Assembly: GCA_036172245.1 (NCBI GenBank)
Contig: JAYWIR010000002.1
Coordinates: forward strand, 1,736,001-1,800,000
From: Raillietiella orientalis
Taxonomy: Eukaryota
Reading direction: 5' to 3'
Length of the DNA stretch: 64,000 bases
Shown: positions 11,261 to 24,683 of the stretch, piece by piece
Layout: the number at the start of each line of letters is the position of its first letter
How positions within the stretch are numbered: position 1 is the first letter of the stretch
Made by a program: the position numbers and the translations under genes
Notes under the pieces: generated by a model
What the model was told of the DNA's origin: nothing
Seen by the model: only the letters and a program-made list of their open reading frames with translations
Databases searched by the model: none

Positions 11261-14200
11261 GCCGCCGTGGAGTGCCGCAGTTCTGCCGAACCTGAGAGAT
11301 CTAGTGCTGCTTCCCGCGATGGGGACATCGGTGCCAGCTGGCAAGCAACAAAGCTCCACCAAAGATTCTTGAAGAAACCTGCAAAGGTCTTGGAAGTTCG
11401 AAGTGGAAGAGGAAAAAGGGGGGCGAAGAGGGCTGCTGCGGCGGCGGTGTTGGTGGTGGAAAAGGGCAGGGAGGGAATGAAAATGGAGGCAGTGCTGCTG
11501 CTTCTGCTGATGATGACAAGGAACAAGAACAGGGGGTGGATGAGTAGTAACAATCATTATAAGATGATGCTGATAGTGATGCCGGCGTGAGGAGGAGGAG
11601 GAAGTGCTTCCTTATCCTCTTTTGGTCGTCCAAAGTAACGGACAAGAGCCGTTCCTCGATCCCTTTCTCTCCTTGACATTCGTGAAAAGAAAGAAAAAAG
11701 ACTCCGGGTGAGCGGAAAAGGAAGGACTACTGACCACCTCCGACCTTCGTCGTGCCATCAACCAAGACTCGCGCCGCCTTTGCGAGCGGATCGCCATAAG
11801 AAGGCCTCGTTAATTGGATTGGCGATGCAAACTGAGAGGGGGATGGGGCTAGGCCAACTGGAAACGCTGTGAGCAGAGACCCTAGGCAAGCAGCGCGGCG
11901 ATCGCCTGCCGCCGCGGTCTCCATAGTTTTCGAGCAAAGGGAGAAAGCGCAACTGCCGGCGAACCGGCTTCCAGCGGAGTCCAGCTTCGCTGAAGGGAGG
12001 AGCCGCGCCTTCGTCACGGGCATGCGCAGGTCTTCCATTTCTCACTCCTCCCGCTCTCTGGCAACTGAGGCGGTCCTGAGCGCTCCTCCCTCCCTCTCCT
12101 CCCATCTCCTGGCTCGGAAGAACGAAGCCATGCTGGCTCCCGGAAGAAAGCTTCCCCTTCCCTTCCCCGAAACGCTCCAAGAGGCAGCTTTAAGGAGCAG
12201 GGGGTGAGCCTTGGAGCGAAGCCCGTTTCCCAGCCCAGCTTCGTTCCTCCAGCCTTTAGTAGCGGATCGAAGGAGCCTGCTCTGTTCTGCCCTACGAACC
12301 CTCCGCAGGGAATGAATCTCCGAGGACGTCGCGTTGGGTTTGGGGAAGTTGGTCTGGCCTCCTGCAGATCCCCTCGCCCCAGCCTGCCGCCGCAGCCGAC
12401 CGGCGAGGTGGAACGTGACCTGCGGCATCTCAGGCACCAAGGAGATTATTGGGGGCGCGATAACTCGCAGACCAAGAAAGACTTCGAGTGCCGGTGCCAG
12501 AGGATCACTTCGCCGGTCTCCCCAAAGTCCTGATTCGCGCACCCCTCACGTGCAGCTTCCTCCTTCCCCTCCATAAGTGGCAGCCGACAACGAGAAGGAG
12601 GAGTCTGGGTTCAGTGTGGTTCCAGTTGCAGAAAGGAGAGATTCTTTCCGCACATGCCTGCGGACTGTGTCTCTCCCCCCTTTCCCCCGAAAGGGTGTGG
12701 CAGCATCTAACGACGGTCCTGCTGCTCTCGGTGGGCAACCCTTGAGAAGTGCCACAGCTTCAACAGGACCTGCCGCGCGACAGCAACCTTCTGCTGCCTG
12801 CCCCCGCGGCACGAAGAGCAGCTGGGAGAGCCATGGTGCGACAGGAACGCCACTGCCATCGTTGCCTCCTTCCTGGAGGAGGGCAACGAGATGGATCCTC
12901 CTGAAGGAATTCAGGATGCAAGTCTCCAGCATCCTGCTCAGGATGCGGAGGAGCCCAAGGGATCACCGGCGACCCCCTTCCTTCTCTCTCACTGAAACAG
13001 CCGGTCTGTTGAGGGAGCCTCTTCTGCTGCTTCCCAGCCCAGCTTCGTCCCCCTCGTCCCAGAATTCTCTGGACTTTGGTAGCACCTTACGTCCGGCTCT
13101 GCATTCTTTTATTGCACATTGATTTGGGTGTTCAGCGCCGCAAACTGAGGTCAAAAAAAAAAAAAAAGTTCTCTGATGTGACCCGGCATTGACAGGAAGT
13201 CTTGAACACCCTCTTCGGGGGAAGGTCGCTCACTGCGCGCAAGGATGGGTTGAGAAGGGAGGAGGGGAAAGCCGTCTCTTCCGCACTGCCTCCGCCTCTT
13301 TTTGATGCCGCTGCTGTTTCGTGCCTCCTCTTCTTGTCCCTTCCATCGCGGAAGGGAGAACGGGACGCCCACGTTCCGGATGGCAGGAGGCAGGGGCGGC
13401 CCACCGATCGCCGCGCTCGCACGGAACCCCAGCTTCCCAAAATCTGTGCGCTCTCAAAGTGCGGGGAGCGCCCCGGCACAAGGAACGGTAGAGGTAGTTT
13501 GCTGTGTCGCCGGCGTGGCCTGTCGCCAAGATGATGTAGCAGAAGCGGGTCGCCCAACGAGAGGCGTCGCTCCCGCGAAGGTGCTCTCTGTCCTGGGAAA
13601 TCACCTGCGGGATCCGGAAACTGGAAGCCCACGAACCCCTTTTCCGTCCCTCTCCCCCCTCTTCCTTCTTACCCCGCCCGGATCCGACAAACAGAGCAAA
13701 AGAAAAAGAAAAAAAAGGAAAAAGGAAAAGGCGCGGGAGCAACAAAAGGCAATGAGCTACTCCCCAGCTGCTCACGCCCGGGTTTCCAGGATCGATCCCT
13801 CTTCTTCCCCGGCTGCCCGACTTTCACGCTCCAAGAGATAGGCCAGCCCTCGGTCGGCCTGCCGGGTGCAGAAGCGCGGACAGGAGCGAAGCCGCTTCGG
13901 AGAGGGAGGAGGAGAGGAGAGGCAATAATAGAAGATGTGGGGGGTCTTACTGTTTTTTAGGGGGGAGAAGAACCACTGTGCGCGCACAGCCATTGGCCTG
14001 GGGGCGCGAAGACGTTCACACACCGACTCCAAGTCGGACTCGGTGGGATAGTGTGGGAAGGGGGGAAAGGGGTAGGAGAACGGGAAAAAGGCGACTTGGG
14101 GGCGTGTGGTGGTGAGGCGGGGCAGGGAAAGATGGGGGGAGAGGTAGGAAGCGGGAGCGGGCGTCGTCCGACTTCCGGCTCTCCGCGAAGGCCGCTTCCC

Positions 14201-14769
14201 GATCTGCATCCCGGGCTTTCGTCTGATGCCGCATGGAGGGGAAGGTGGATCGACTGCCCTCCCTTCTGCCTTCCGCCGCCGCTGCTGTCCCTCGGGCTCG
14301 CCTTCGACTCTCCCGGACAGGAAAGGGAAAAGATGGAGACCTCGGAAAGAGAGCTTGACCCTTCCGTCTCCCCGCTGACCTCAACGAAATCCCCTCGCGC
14401 TTCCTCCGTCCCTCCTTTTCCGAGAGGAGAGAGGAGGAAGGTGAGTGCGGGAATTCTTCCTGATCGCTCTTCCTTCGGGAACAGCCCTGTTCCCATCTGG
14501 GTGGTCTCCATCGGTCGAAGGCTTCCCTAGGCACACGGCGACAACAAACGGCACGCTCGGCGCTGCCGCACCGCGGGACAGAGAGATAGCAGCGGAGCAG
14601 AGCAGGGGAGGAGCAGGAGAGAGGACAAAAGCTAATTCCTTAGTTTACTCCGGGCGCCCTCACCCCCATCTCGTGTGGGAGGAAGGAGAGGGGGGAATGA
14701 AGTGTGTGCAGACCGTGACGGAGGGAGAAGGGGAGGGTAGACCGCCTCCCGGAGGCATTTAGCCAAAGC

Positions 14770-15430
14770 TCAGTGGACGCCAACCTCTTCCCTTTGTCCC
14801 GAAACCCTGCGGCTGAGCGGTCACCTCGCTACAGGGTTCCGGGGGCGAACGCAAGGTCCCATGACCAAGGAGGCAAGGAAAGGCAACGGGACGGGAGTCG
14901 CAAAGTAGAGAGGAAGAGGTCCCTACCTTACGTCGCTCTTCCCAACCGGCAATTCCATCCTGAGACTCCTGAGCGACGGACATCAGAGGCCTCCCGAAGA
15001 ACAGCGCCATCTCTTTGGGAGAGCGTTCTCTTAAGGAAAGAGAATGGAGGATAATCTCTCACCCCAACCCTCGACTTCCTTGAAGAGTCCAGGGACCGCG
15101 GAACCCCGTTCAGAAGACGGAAGGAGGAGGAGCCCCTTCGGATCCGACCAGGGACCGCCATCGAGGAGCAGCGCGACCCAGACTCTACCGCTGGACCCCA
15201 AGTACCTCCCCTGCCAAAGAGAGACCGGAGTCTTTTGTGCGGGTCTCTTTGTGACGCCTGGGACGGAAGAAGTGTGCAGACGTCTGCTCTTTCCCTCTGG
15301 ACGCCGTCGGGCAGTGGTCCAGGTGCACTTAGCTTCCACCGACCTTCCATCCTGTTTGCTCCTTGAAGGCCCTTTCGTGACAAGGCCACCAGCAAGAACG
15401 ACCACGCGACAACTTCTGCTACGCTGAGAC
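14770..15430 (+). mobile_element. Decayed LINE ORF2 post-RT segment
   Basis: LWESVLLRKENGG resembles the L1-clade W-x3-LPKxEGGLG motif. Confidence 0.3.
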
Positions 15431-15959
15431 TCGAAGAACAAATTCCTCCGCCTCCTCCGCCTTTTTAGTGCCAGCCGTTGGAGGAAGGACATGGGCGAGA
15501 GAAGGATTTTCCCGCTTCCCCGCCCGCGATTTTCATGTCTCAGCCTTGGGAGAAGTTGAACGCGCTTGACCGGCGATGACCTTCTTTCTGACACAAGCCT
15601 TTTTTTTTTTTTGCCTCCGCCGCAGGAGAAGGCGAGAGGAGGAGTCGCAGGTGCGGTCGGAATCGCGGACGGCGTTCGTGAACGTCCAGGGAGAGAAGAG
15701 GTGAGTGCGTCGCTCCACGGAGACTGCTCGTCTGGGACCGCCGTCTTCCACCTCTTTGACCCCTTTCCCCCTGCAAGGAGGGAAGGGGGTGAGCGGGGTC
15801 CCTCCCTTCGCGTCGGACCCGCCCGAACTCTTGGGGATTTTTTCCCAGATCACTCTCTCGTCTCAACGAGCATCTCACGCAGCGACACGCCGTGGTGGCG
15901 CGAATTCCGTCCATCTTTCACCCCATTAACGATGGGAGCTGTCATCGTTAGAGCTGCTG

Positions 15960-16900
15960 AGTGCGAAACCATTGCTATTACTACCATCATGCCTACTTGG
16001 AATCCTGCTGACCTTATTACTATTAACGGGAAGCTCTCCCTCTTTCGCACTGGTTGTGATTTCTTATGTTACGAGCATAAACTCATAAAATACGAAATCG
16101 TCTGATTAGTGGACGGCATCTTATGAAGCCATCTATGATGCCATCCGCTTATCAAAATCCTGATCGCTCGGCGGTCTTGGAGTTTGCGATTATTGCGTCT
16201 AAAAGAAAAATTGCTTCAAGGAATCGCCGTTTGCACAGTCATCACGAAGATCAGCCTTTCTCGATGCCGATATCGAAATCACTTAGCGAAATAACCGAAG
16301 GGTATCCTTGGCAACCGTTTGTTGATGAGACTTGTTCTCTGTCGGGCCAAGCAATCTATGGCTTGAAACGGCTTGCCTTAACGAGAAGCGTCTTCGAAGC
16401 AGTTCGCTGAGATGCAGGAGAGCAGATTATCCCCAGCATCGAGAGAAAAATGATTTGACCTCTTCCAAAGGCATCTCTCAGCGGTAAGAATTTCGTTTCG
16501 AAATCGGCGAGGATGCTCTCATGGAGAAGCTTCGTTTTCCTTTCCCGCTACGGGAAAATGCGTTTTCTCGGAACCCTTGAAATTTTGCGAAACCTTTCGC
16601 AACAGCGTCAAGTACAAAACGTGATTCCTCCCTCCCCCTCCCCCCCCCCATCTCCTTGAAAACTTTTCTTTCTACCGTAGAGATTACGGAGGCAAACCAA
16701 AACATGCGCGACTCGTTTTTGTTTGCATCCCTACGGCCTGTTTCAACAGTGTCCGACAAGAGCAGGTGCTTCTCCCAGGAACATTCCGTTCCGAATCCGC
16801 AAAGATGGTCACGCAAAGCTCTCGAGGTCAAGGATTTCTGGGTGCGAGGTATTTCGAGTGTTCTTTTCGCCCGCGCCTCGCCCAAAATAACCACGAGTTC
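15960..16900 (-). mobile_element. Decayed L1/Tx1-like reverse transcriptase
   Basis: Minus-strand LCGFGTECSWEKHLLLSD, NGCQGYPSVISL..IGIEK (QG motif) and *ADG (YADD-like, TAA in place of Tyr), in the correct order. Confidence 0.45.
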
Positions 16901-19709
16901 TCAATTGGGATGCTGAATTGTGGGCATCGCGGCAAGGGAAGTAAACTAGGTTTTCCTGCGAAAGCCACTGTCCTGCCACTAAAAGTAAATCAAGGAGGAT
17001 TTCCTTTGTTTTTTTTTGTTTTTTTTCCTCCTTTCCCCCCTACCCACCGGTGCTCCCCTAAAACCATCTGAATCTATTTATGTTGTTGTTTTTTTTTTTT
17101 TTTTTGTGATGATAATTTCAGGCGTTTTGAACTTGGTAACAGATCTCTTTTGTAACGATGTGTGCATTGACCAGATTTCGCCTCGCACCAGAAAACCTTT
17201 CACCGACACCATCCCATGTAAATAATTTCGCATCCAGAGATTGCCCGTGCCCAATTCTCCCTGTATCCGAATAATTTCCCGGGTCGAGCTGCGAAATGTC
17301 TGGTCACCCTGACTATAAACAGTGATTTGCGAGCTCAAGCAGATGTTGGAGTTTGCTGCCGCTGTCGATTTAATGTACGCGAGCAGAGCGGGGTCCATGA
17401 GAACGCGTTCGGGATACCCCAGATGAGCTACCATCTGAAGACACCGAAATCTTTCATCCGAACGTCGGAAGAACACCGTCAGCGCACGTCGGGCAACAGA
17501 GTGTACCATTTTTCCTGCGGTCCGGAGCGTGCGTGTTCCTTGCGCGCGCGCGCGTTTTTTTGTTTTTGGCCGATCCCTCCAGTTGTGGTTTCCTCTGGTC
17601 TTCTGAGGAGAGGAGCATCTGCTGGAGGAGCTTATTAACGACGGCTTCTTCGGTGGAATAAGCGGGGTTTCGTCTTGTTCCTCGAATGTGCCTTGTTCCT
17701 CCGTCTTCTTCGCTTTGGTGGCGGCGATTCCATTAGGTAGGGAGAGGTTAGAGGGATGTGTGGCTGTGAGATGGAATTTTGCCAGAGTCGTCTTGCTAAC
17801 CTTCCGATGGTCTGCACCCCCACACGGACCAGCTGGCGAGCGCGTAGCCTCTCCTGCGAATCCTTCGCCGCTCCGTTTTTCCGACCCGACCGGCAAGAGA
17901 AAAGGGTAGGGTGTCTTAGATCCGTTCACTCTTCCGCTCATTCTTCTCACCCTTATTTACTTCCACCTGGGAGAAGCGGGGAAGGGGAAAAGGAAGATCG
18001 CGCAAGAGGTCTAGTGAACTGTTCAGAGCTCCCATCGGCGCCGTAGAGCGCTGTCATGGACGCTTGGCATCCACCAGGATCTCGCCTTCCTCCTCCTCCA
18101 TATCCATTCCTTTTCCCCTTCCTTTTCCCGCCCGGCCAGCTTCTCTTCCCGGTTTCTCTTTGCACGCTTCCTGAAAGGTCTCACCGGAACGCATCGGTAT
18201 CGTGGTAAACTCATTTCCGGAGGAGCACATCGGGTGAGATCCGGAGCACAGTGCCTGCAGAGATGAGTCCGTCGTGGCGCACAATTCTGGACGAAAGGGA
18301 TAGGGAGAGAGAAACGTGCTATCGTGCTATCGTGAGGAAGCTGCAAACACGGACGACCCGCTTTTTCGTGACCCGACCCGTTACTTCGAGAACATGGTCG
18401 GGACGTGGGTCTGTGCGCCGCCATCGAAGCGGAAGGAAAGGAGGAGAGGGAGGAAGAGGTGGCGGCAGAGCTCTCAGGACCTAGCCGGAGGACCCTGTCT
18501 TCCATCCAGAGTTTAAGGGCGCAGAGGAGTTTAAGCCTGCAACTCGCGTTTTTCAGCGATTTCCCGCTTCCGAAGCGACGCACTCTCTGCAGAGAACAAG
18601 AGTGACCCTCCCTCCTTACTCATCTCTCCACGATCGATACCCTGACCATCCCTCCCATCCTTCTTTCTGCGCATCATGGAGGAAGAGGAATTTCCTCCGG
18701 TTGGTCCTGCGTCGCTGTGGCCTTGCCTTCGGGTTAGATATGCCTTCCAGGAGGCTCGGATCCGCTCCCTCGTTTCCATAGACACTTCTCCGCTCCTCCT
18801 AGCCTCCGCCGCTATGCGCCTGCCGATCACTGGGCCCTATTAAAAATTGCCGAAAGGGTGCAGACCTTTACCTACTCTCGGGAGTCTTCCAGTACCCCGG
18901 CAGCCCTGACAACAGACATCTGTGCGACGGGTCGGGCATAGGAGGAAGCACCGTCTCTTCGTGGCAAGCCGAGGCTCGGCCGCATGAACGGGAAGGAAAA
19001 AAACGCATGCTCTGTGGAAAGTAAGCGGACAGCGGGAAAACATACAGGTCGAGATGACAACCCCACGGAAGGGAAAAAAAGGAAAGCAGGAGAGTTTTCG
19101 CACGAGGATCGGCAAAAGAAACGGCCATCCTCCCAGGATGCCCCCGAAGCTTCTTCGGGCAGGAGTGATGGACGATACCCCTATCTCCTCTCTCGTGGGG
19201 CGCTCTATCGAAAGTGGACGAATGAGGGTTCCTCCATCCGAACTGCAGGGAGGGAGAGGGACGCAAAGCCTGCCTACGGAGGCCACTTCGAGTGACCTCG
19301 AGAAGACGGCAGAGCGACCTTGAAACCGCGAAGCAAAAGAGCTCTCCCATCCCTCAGCTCCCTTTTCCCATGCCCCTAGCGAGGGTCAGAGAGCACGCAC
19401 ACTTTACGCAAGGACACATAAGGCCTCGGACGATCTCTGAGCAATCTGATCCCAGGCCCCTGGGAGGAGCCTCCCATTTTTCGGAGGGAACGGCGCGAAA
19501 CAGGACAAGAAACGCTCTCCCCACAGAAGAAGGACATCCGGGGAGCAGTAGAAAAAAGAGAATCCACCTGGGCACGCTCCACTACCCCCTCCCCCTCTCC
19601 CTATCGATCAAACAAGCAGAAAACACTTGGATCAGGGAGAGAGCGCTCTTCGCAAGAAAAATTTTAGTTCACCCTTCAATTTCTATTCCAGTGAGGAAAC
19701 AGCGCAGAG

Positions 19710-21020
19710 CGTGCAGTGTTTCAAGCCCAATGCGAATGAAGAACCAACATACGCTTTTCAAAGGCACTTCAAAGTTCTCCATCAGCAGCAATCAAGAATC
19801 TCTCAGCCATCCGCCAACACTGAACTCGAACAAAGGACCAAAGGAGGTCAACCGAACCAACCATGTTCATCTGACGTACAACGCCACTGAAGCACCAACA
19901 TGCGACCCTAAAAGGCACTTAAAGGTTTTCCGACAGCAGCATTTAACTGTCTGGCAGTCATGAGCCAACACATAACACCACGGAAGAACAAATGAGGTGT
20001 GTCCTCCTAACCACGTTCATCTGAAGTGCAAACCAACTGAAGAAACCAAATACGATTTTGAAAGCCACTTTCACATTTTGCAACAGCAGCATTCATCTGT
20101 CTGGGAGCCGTATGCCAACACTGAACCCTACGGAAAGAGGAATGAGGTCTAGCATACCAATCATGCCCATCTGAAGTGCAACGCTACTCAAGAACCAAAA
20201 GAAGACTTTGGAACGCACTTCCAGGTATTCCAACACAAGCATTAAACTCTTTGGCAGCGATGCACCAACACTGAATCCTACGGTAGGAAACCATGCTCAT
20301 GTGAAGTGCAGCGTTACTGGACAACCAAGAGACGACTATGGAAGGTACTTCCACGTTTTCCAACAGCAGCATTCGACTGTTTGGCAGCCATGCCCCAGCA
20401 TTGAACACGATGGAAGGGGGAATGAGGCCCAACACTTCAACCATCTTAATGTGAAGTGCGACGCTCCTGGAGAACACAAATACGACTATCGAAGCCACTT
20501 CCACGTTTTCCATCAGCAGCATTCATCTCTCTGGCAGGCAGGCGCCAACACGGAATCCTGCAGAACGAGGATTGTGGTCTAACGTCCCAACCATGCACAT
20601 CTGAAGCGCTACGCTACTGGGGAACCCAAATAAGACCATGGAATGCACTTTCACGTTTTGCAACAGCAGCATTCATCTGTCTGGGAGCCGTGTGCCAACA
20701 CTGAACCCTACGGAAGGAGGAATGGGGTCTAACGTCCCAACTATGCTCCTCTGAAGTGCAACGCTAATGAAAAATTAAAATACGACTATGGAATGCACTT
20801 CGGCGTTTTGCAGCCGCAGCATTTAATAATCTATTGGGCATCCGCTAACACTGAAGTGCATGGAAGGATGGGTGATTCTACCTTGCCAGATATGTTGGTA
20901 TGACGCGCAAGGCCACTGTGGCTGGGACATACGCCTCGAAAGGGCACTTTTAATTTTTCTATGATGAGCATCGAAGAATCTCGCTGTCATCCGCCAACAC
21001 TGATCCCGACGGAGGATGAA
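19710..21020. repeat. Tandem array of ~9 diverged 150-bp units
   Basis: The anchor (C/T)ACTT recurs at 19765, 19916, 20066, 20216, 20346, 20496, 20646, 20796 and 20945: period 150, with one unit 20 bp short. Shared blocks are CAGCAGCATT, GCCAACACTGAA and CATCTGAAGTGC. Confidence 0.95.
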
Positions 21021-21029
21021 CGGAGGTGT

Positions 21030-21870
21030 GGTTTTCCGTTTGTGGTTTTCACACGTTCAGCTCCTCGTATCCACATGGATTCCTTCTAAAGAAAGCGCTT
21101 CGACGTGCTTATCCTCGTTCATTGGTGTATTATTGAGGTCCGTCTCCAAAGAGGATTCTACGAAAGGAAGGAAGCTGAGATGTGTGGCAATCTTGATCTT
21201 CGCAGGTAGTATTTTTCGGAGGCACGGAGATTTTTGCTACAAACGGTTCTCCGACGTGGTTCATCGTTATCATTCGGGAATACCTTGTCAAGTTTACTAA
21301 TTACGTTTCGAGGATGTTTCCTATGGTAGCCACGGGACTTTATTTCGTTTATTGTGTTGTGGTTGTGTTTCTGAAAATGGGTTGGAGTGTTTTTTCCACT
21401 GCTGATTTCTCGTCGATGTCGCTTAAAGTGTCGGCTGGACTTTGCTTTTTTATGTTTCGACTATATGTCGGAAAATTTGGGCGTCACTGCTTTCCTTGTA
21501 TGCGTTTTCTCGGATATACCTGATTTTTTCTGCAGTCTGTTTTCCACTTATGATGTTGCAATGTTGTTGCTGGTGTGTCGGCGGCCTTTCTTTTTTTATT
21601 CGTTGTAGTTACATTTTCCTGAGTGTGACCGTGGAACCTCGCTCTTACTGTGGTGTTTTTTTTTTTTGGAAGTTCCTTAATTTTACTGCAGGGTTGTTTT
21701 GTTGTTTTGTCGGATTGCTTATTCTACATTTTGCTGAATGGGGTTCGGATTGCGCTTTCATGGGCACGTCAGCTCTTTTGCTGCCCGTGCAGATAACGCA
21801 TTGTCTTCTGCTGAGCACAATAAAGTTGTGCGGTGTGTCTTCGATGCTTTTTCAGTTTCTGAATGGATAG
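21030..21870 (-). mobile_element. Possible Penelope-like element remnant (linker and GIY-YIG endonuclease)
   Basis: A-rich minus strand with KTLQPIFRNT..TIGNIL, HVGE and PLWRRTSIIHQ*TRISTSKRFL*KESMWIR. These resemble the PLE GIY-YIG C-terminus (W..II...KR..KE.IWI). Stops and frameshifts are present. Confidence 0.35.
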
Positions 21871-24683
21871 GCGTTCCGCGGGCTATGCCTTGCGAGAGTG
21901 TCCTTTGCTTCCGCTTGTTGTCCCCGTGAGATGCGATGTCGCCTCGGCGCGCGTCGGAAACGCGCGATTAGGAAGACGATTAGCATAACAGTCCTGTGGC
22001 ACTTCAAGTTCTGTAAAACGCGGACCCGTTGCAGGGTTGTTCAGGGAGCTGCTGCCGTTTCCATATCGATTATAATCTGATTAATTTTTCCCCTCTTCAT
22101 ATAAGGCACGGCGGCGGGCGGGCGGGACCTGCTCGGGAAAAGTCTCTCGACAGGAGGGTCGAAATCGCAAAACCCGAATCGCGTGCTCGTTCCCGTCGGG
22201 CTCGCTGCGGATCGCCCTTCAGGAAATGATCTGCATGTGGGTGGGCTGCCGTTCCTCTCGATGCTTCACGAGTACTCTAAATCGGGGAAAGGCCGCCGAA
22301 GACACCAAATGTAGAGGTGGAAGTAAGGATGGAATGGAAGAAAAAGCCACGTTTTCAGGTGTTCGATTCGAACCCGCGTCTCCTCTTGGAAGGCGTCCCC
22401 GGCCAGCCAATGTTTCTTGACCCTCCCCAAAGGTTTGTTCCTGTCGGCTGCTTCGACATTTCTGAGCATCGAAAGCAATGTTCGTCCTTGCTCGCTCCTT
22501 CTTCTTTTTTCCATGACACGCTCGTGTCCTGCTGGTCGTTTCATAGGAAAAAGAGAGAGAGAGGAGGCAGGGAAGAAACATCCACCGCATCCAAGACGAT
22601 GAAGGAGAATTGGATGCCTCTCATCCCTCGAGTTCACGAAATCAGGAGGATTTCCGCCGCCGAATCGCCCCCTTCCTTTCTCGAGCGTCCAGGGGCGGAG
22701 GCAGGCGGATCCACCTGCGAGCGTTCTCTTCCCTCCCCACCCTGGGTGCAACACCTCCTGGAAGTGTCTCCATGACGACGGACTGCTGTTGCTACTGCTG
22801 ACTTCGTTCCGGGTGACCGATTCCAGCGTTAGCAGCGACGAGGTCCCAGCAAGCAGAGGCGGACGACGGTTCTTGGAGCTGCCGCTGCTCCGTTCGATCC
22901 CGTAGCCGTCTGGGGAGAGCGCACTCAACGAAGGTGCCGCATGCGCTCCTCCTTCCCCTCCCGCCGCCCGCTTCCTCGACAACTTGCCCGATGAAGACTT
23001 CGAGGGCGTTGCGACGCCACAGCCGCGTTCCGGGATGGCAGCTCCTCTCGCACACGCGCGCGTTCCTCTGCCCTTTGCTGCCTCCATCCCTTCCTCCCCG
23101 CCACGCGCTGCGCACGTGGCGGACCTTGCGGCCCGCGCACGGCATCGTCCTCTGCGAACGGAGGAGACGTCCCCCCCCCCCCCCACGTTCCATTGGTGTT
23201 TTTATGCCTGCGGAGTCCGCGTGGTGCGCTGCTCGCGGACAAGCTGCGGCAGCCTCCGAATTTCAAAGGACGGAAAGAGACGTAGAGAAAGCGAACTGGG
23301 ATCGCGTTTCGGGGTTTCCGTAAACGGGAGCCGTTTATCGAAGGTTGGTCGGGGTTTTGCTCAGCCGGAAATGGAGGGGGTCCCAGGCCTACTCGCACAC
23401 CCATCGGGCGTGTCGTTTATCTTTACCACCTGAGATCGGTTTCCTGACGCTGCGTAGCGATGGAAACGAGCCATGCCGTGCGAGCTCGCCGACTTCGACT
23501 CCACGCGTTGCTATCGCGCAGGCGAGACCTGCGATCCACTTGAAAGAAACTGGAGACTGGAGAGGCCGAGACAGACCTCGTCTGGGGTTGTTCCCAGTGG
23601 GAGAGGGGGAGGAGAAAAGGGGGAGTGGAAGTTTTCCAAGAGCTGCTGACCCTCTCTCGGTTCCTCCGTGATTCGGGAGGTGCCGAAAGTGCCGTGAACT
23701 TGGAACGGAAGCGAGGTGTGTGTCCATGGTGTTCAGGACCTAGGGAAGAAGTCTGGTCTCAGGGAAGGAGAAAAGTTCAAGAGGGACTTCTTGGTCGTGA
23801 GGAAATAGGTGGTGGAGAAGGATCTATTTCTCTTTCCTCCTCTCTTCGCCTTAAATCCAGTCGTCGCCATCGTCGTTGGGCGAGTCCGACTAGATCCTCG
23901 GTCCTGCCGGAGACTGGCGGCACATCCGGTCTTCCTGCTTTCGAAATGGAAAGAAATTCCAGAAGCGCAAAAGAAAAAAACAGTAACGAACCCTTTTATA
24001 GCGTGTTCGGGTCGAGGCCTGAGGATTCTATTTTATTCTATCTTCAGCATCCCCATGCGCACAAAGAGATGCCTTTTAGAGGACTTCTTTTCTTCTCCCT
24101 CGTAGCTGATCTCCGTTATCGTTGGACGTGGGAGAGAGCTGGGAGGGGGGGGGAGGGGGAGATTCCCGTAATTTCCAGCTTGCTGCCGGAAGAACCCCTC
24201 GCAGCTCAGTAATTCGTTGATTGATCGGCGGCGCAGCCCGATGCCGCCTGCCTTTCGTCCTCCGCTGACGTATCGACGGTTCGCGGACCCTCCCTAACGG
24301 GAAACAAAGATGTCATCTCCCGGGCTGTTTCCCCGCAGGCCGGTCCTTTAGCGCGCGCAAGGTGCTTCCGTCGCCGGGAATCAATCGCCTTCCTCGGAGG
24401 CGGGCGGCACGCCATCCGCGTCCCTCTCCTCCCCTTTTTCTCTCCCTCTCTTTCCTCCCTTTCGGGACGCTCACTCCTTCTCCTGGCGTGACGCGAGATA
24501 CTGGGACAGCGAAGCCAACTGCCAGAGTCCCCTCGGAGTCCAGTTCTTCTGTTGGGGCTGCCACCATTCGCTGCTGATGCTACTGCTGCTGCTCTCTGCT
24601 TTCGCGGCTTCCCCGCGCTCCTGCAGTGAGGTCCCCGTTCCCAACTTGCGCGGCGTTTCCGCGCTCGCGTTCCCCGGCGCCGC

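Noticed and set aside
11430..11600. Poly-Ala/poly-His/Gln-like coding stretch
   Set aside because: A decayed GCT/GGT/GAT trinucleotide run among LINE debris, with no splice sites or gene context.
19710..21020. 150-bp array as a CRISPR array or a repeat protein
   Set aside because: Whole units are homologous, so there are no unique spacers. There are no cas genes and the context is eukaryotic. Each reading frame I checked has recurrent stops, and one unit has a 20-bp frameshifting deletion.
22355..22420. Second B-box-like GGGTTCGAATC on the minus strand
   Set aside because: No convincing A box or tRNA fold; too little to call.
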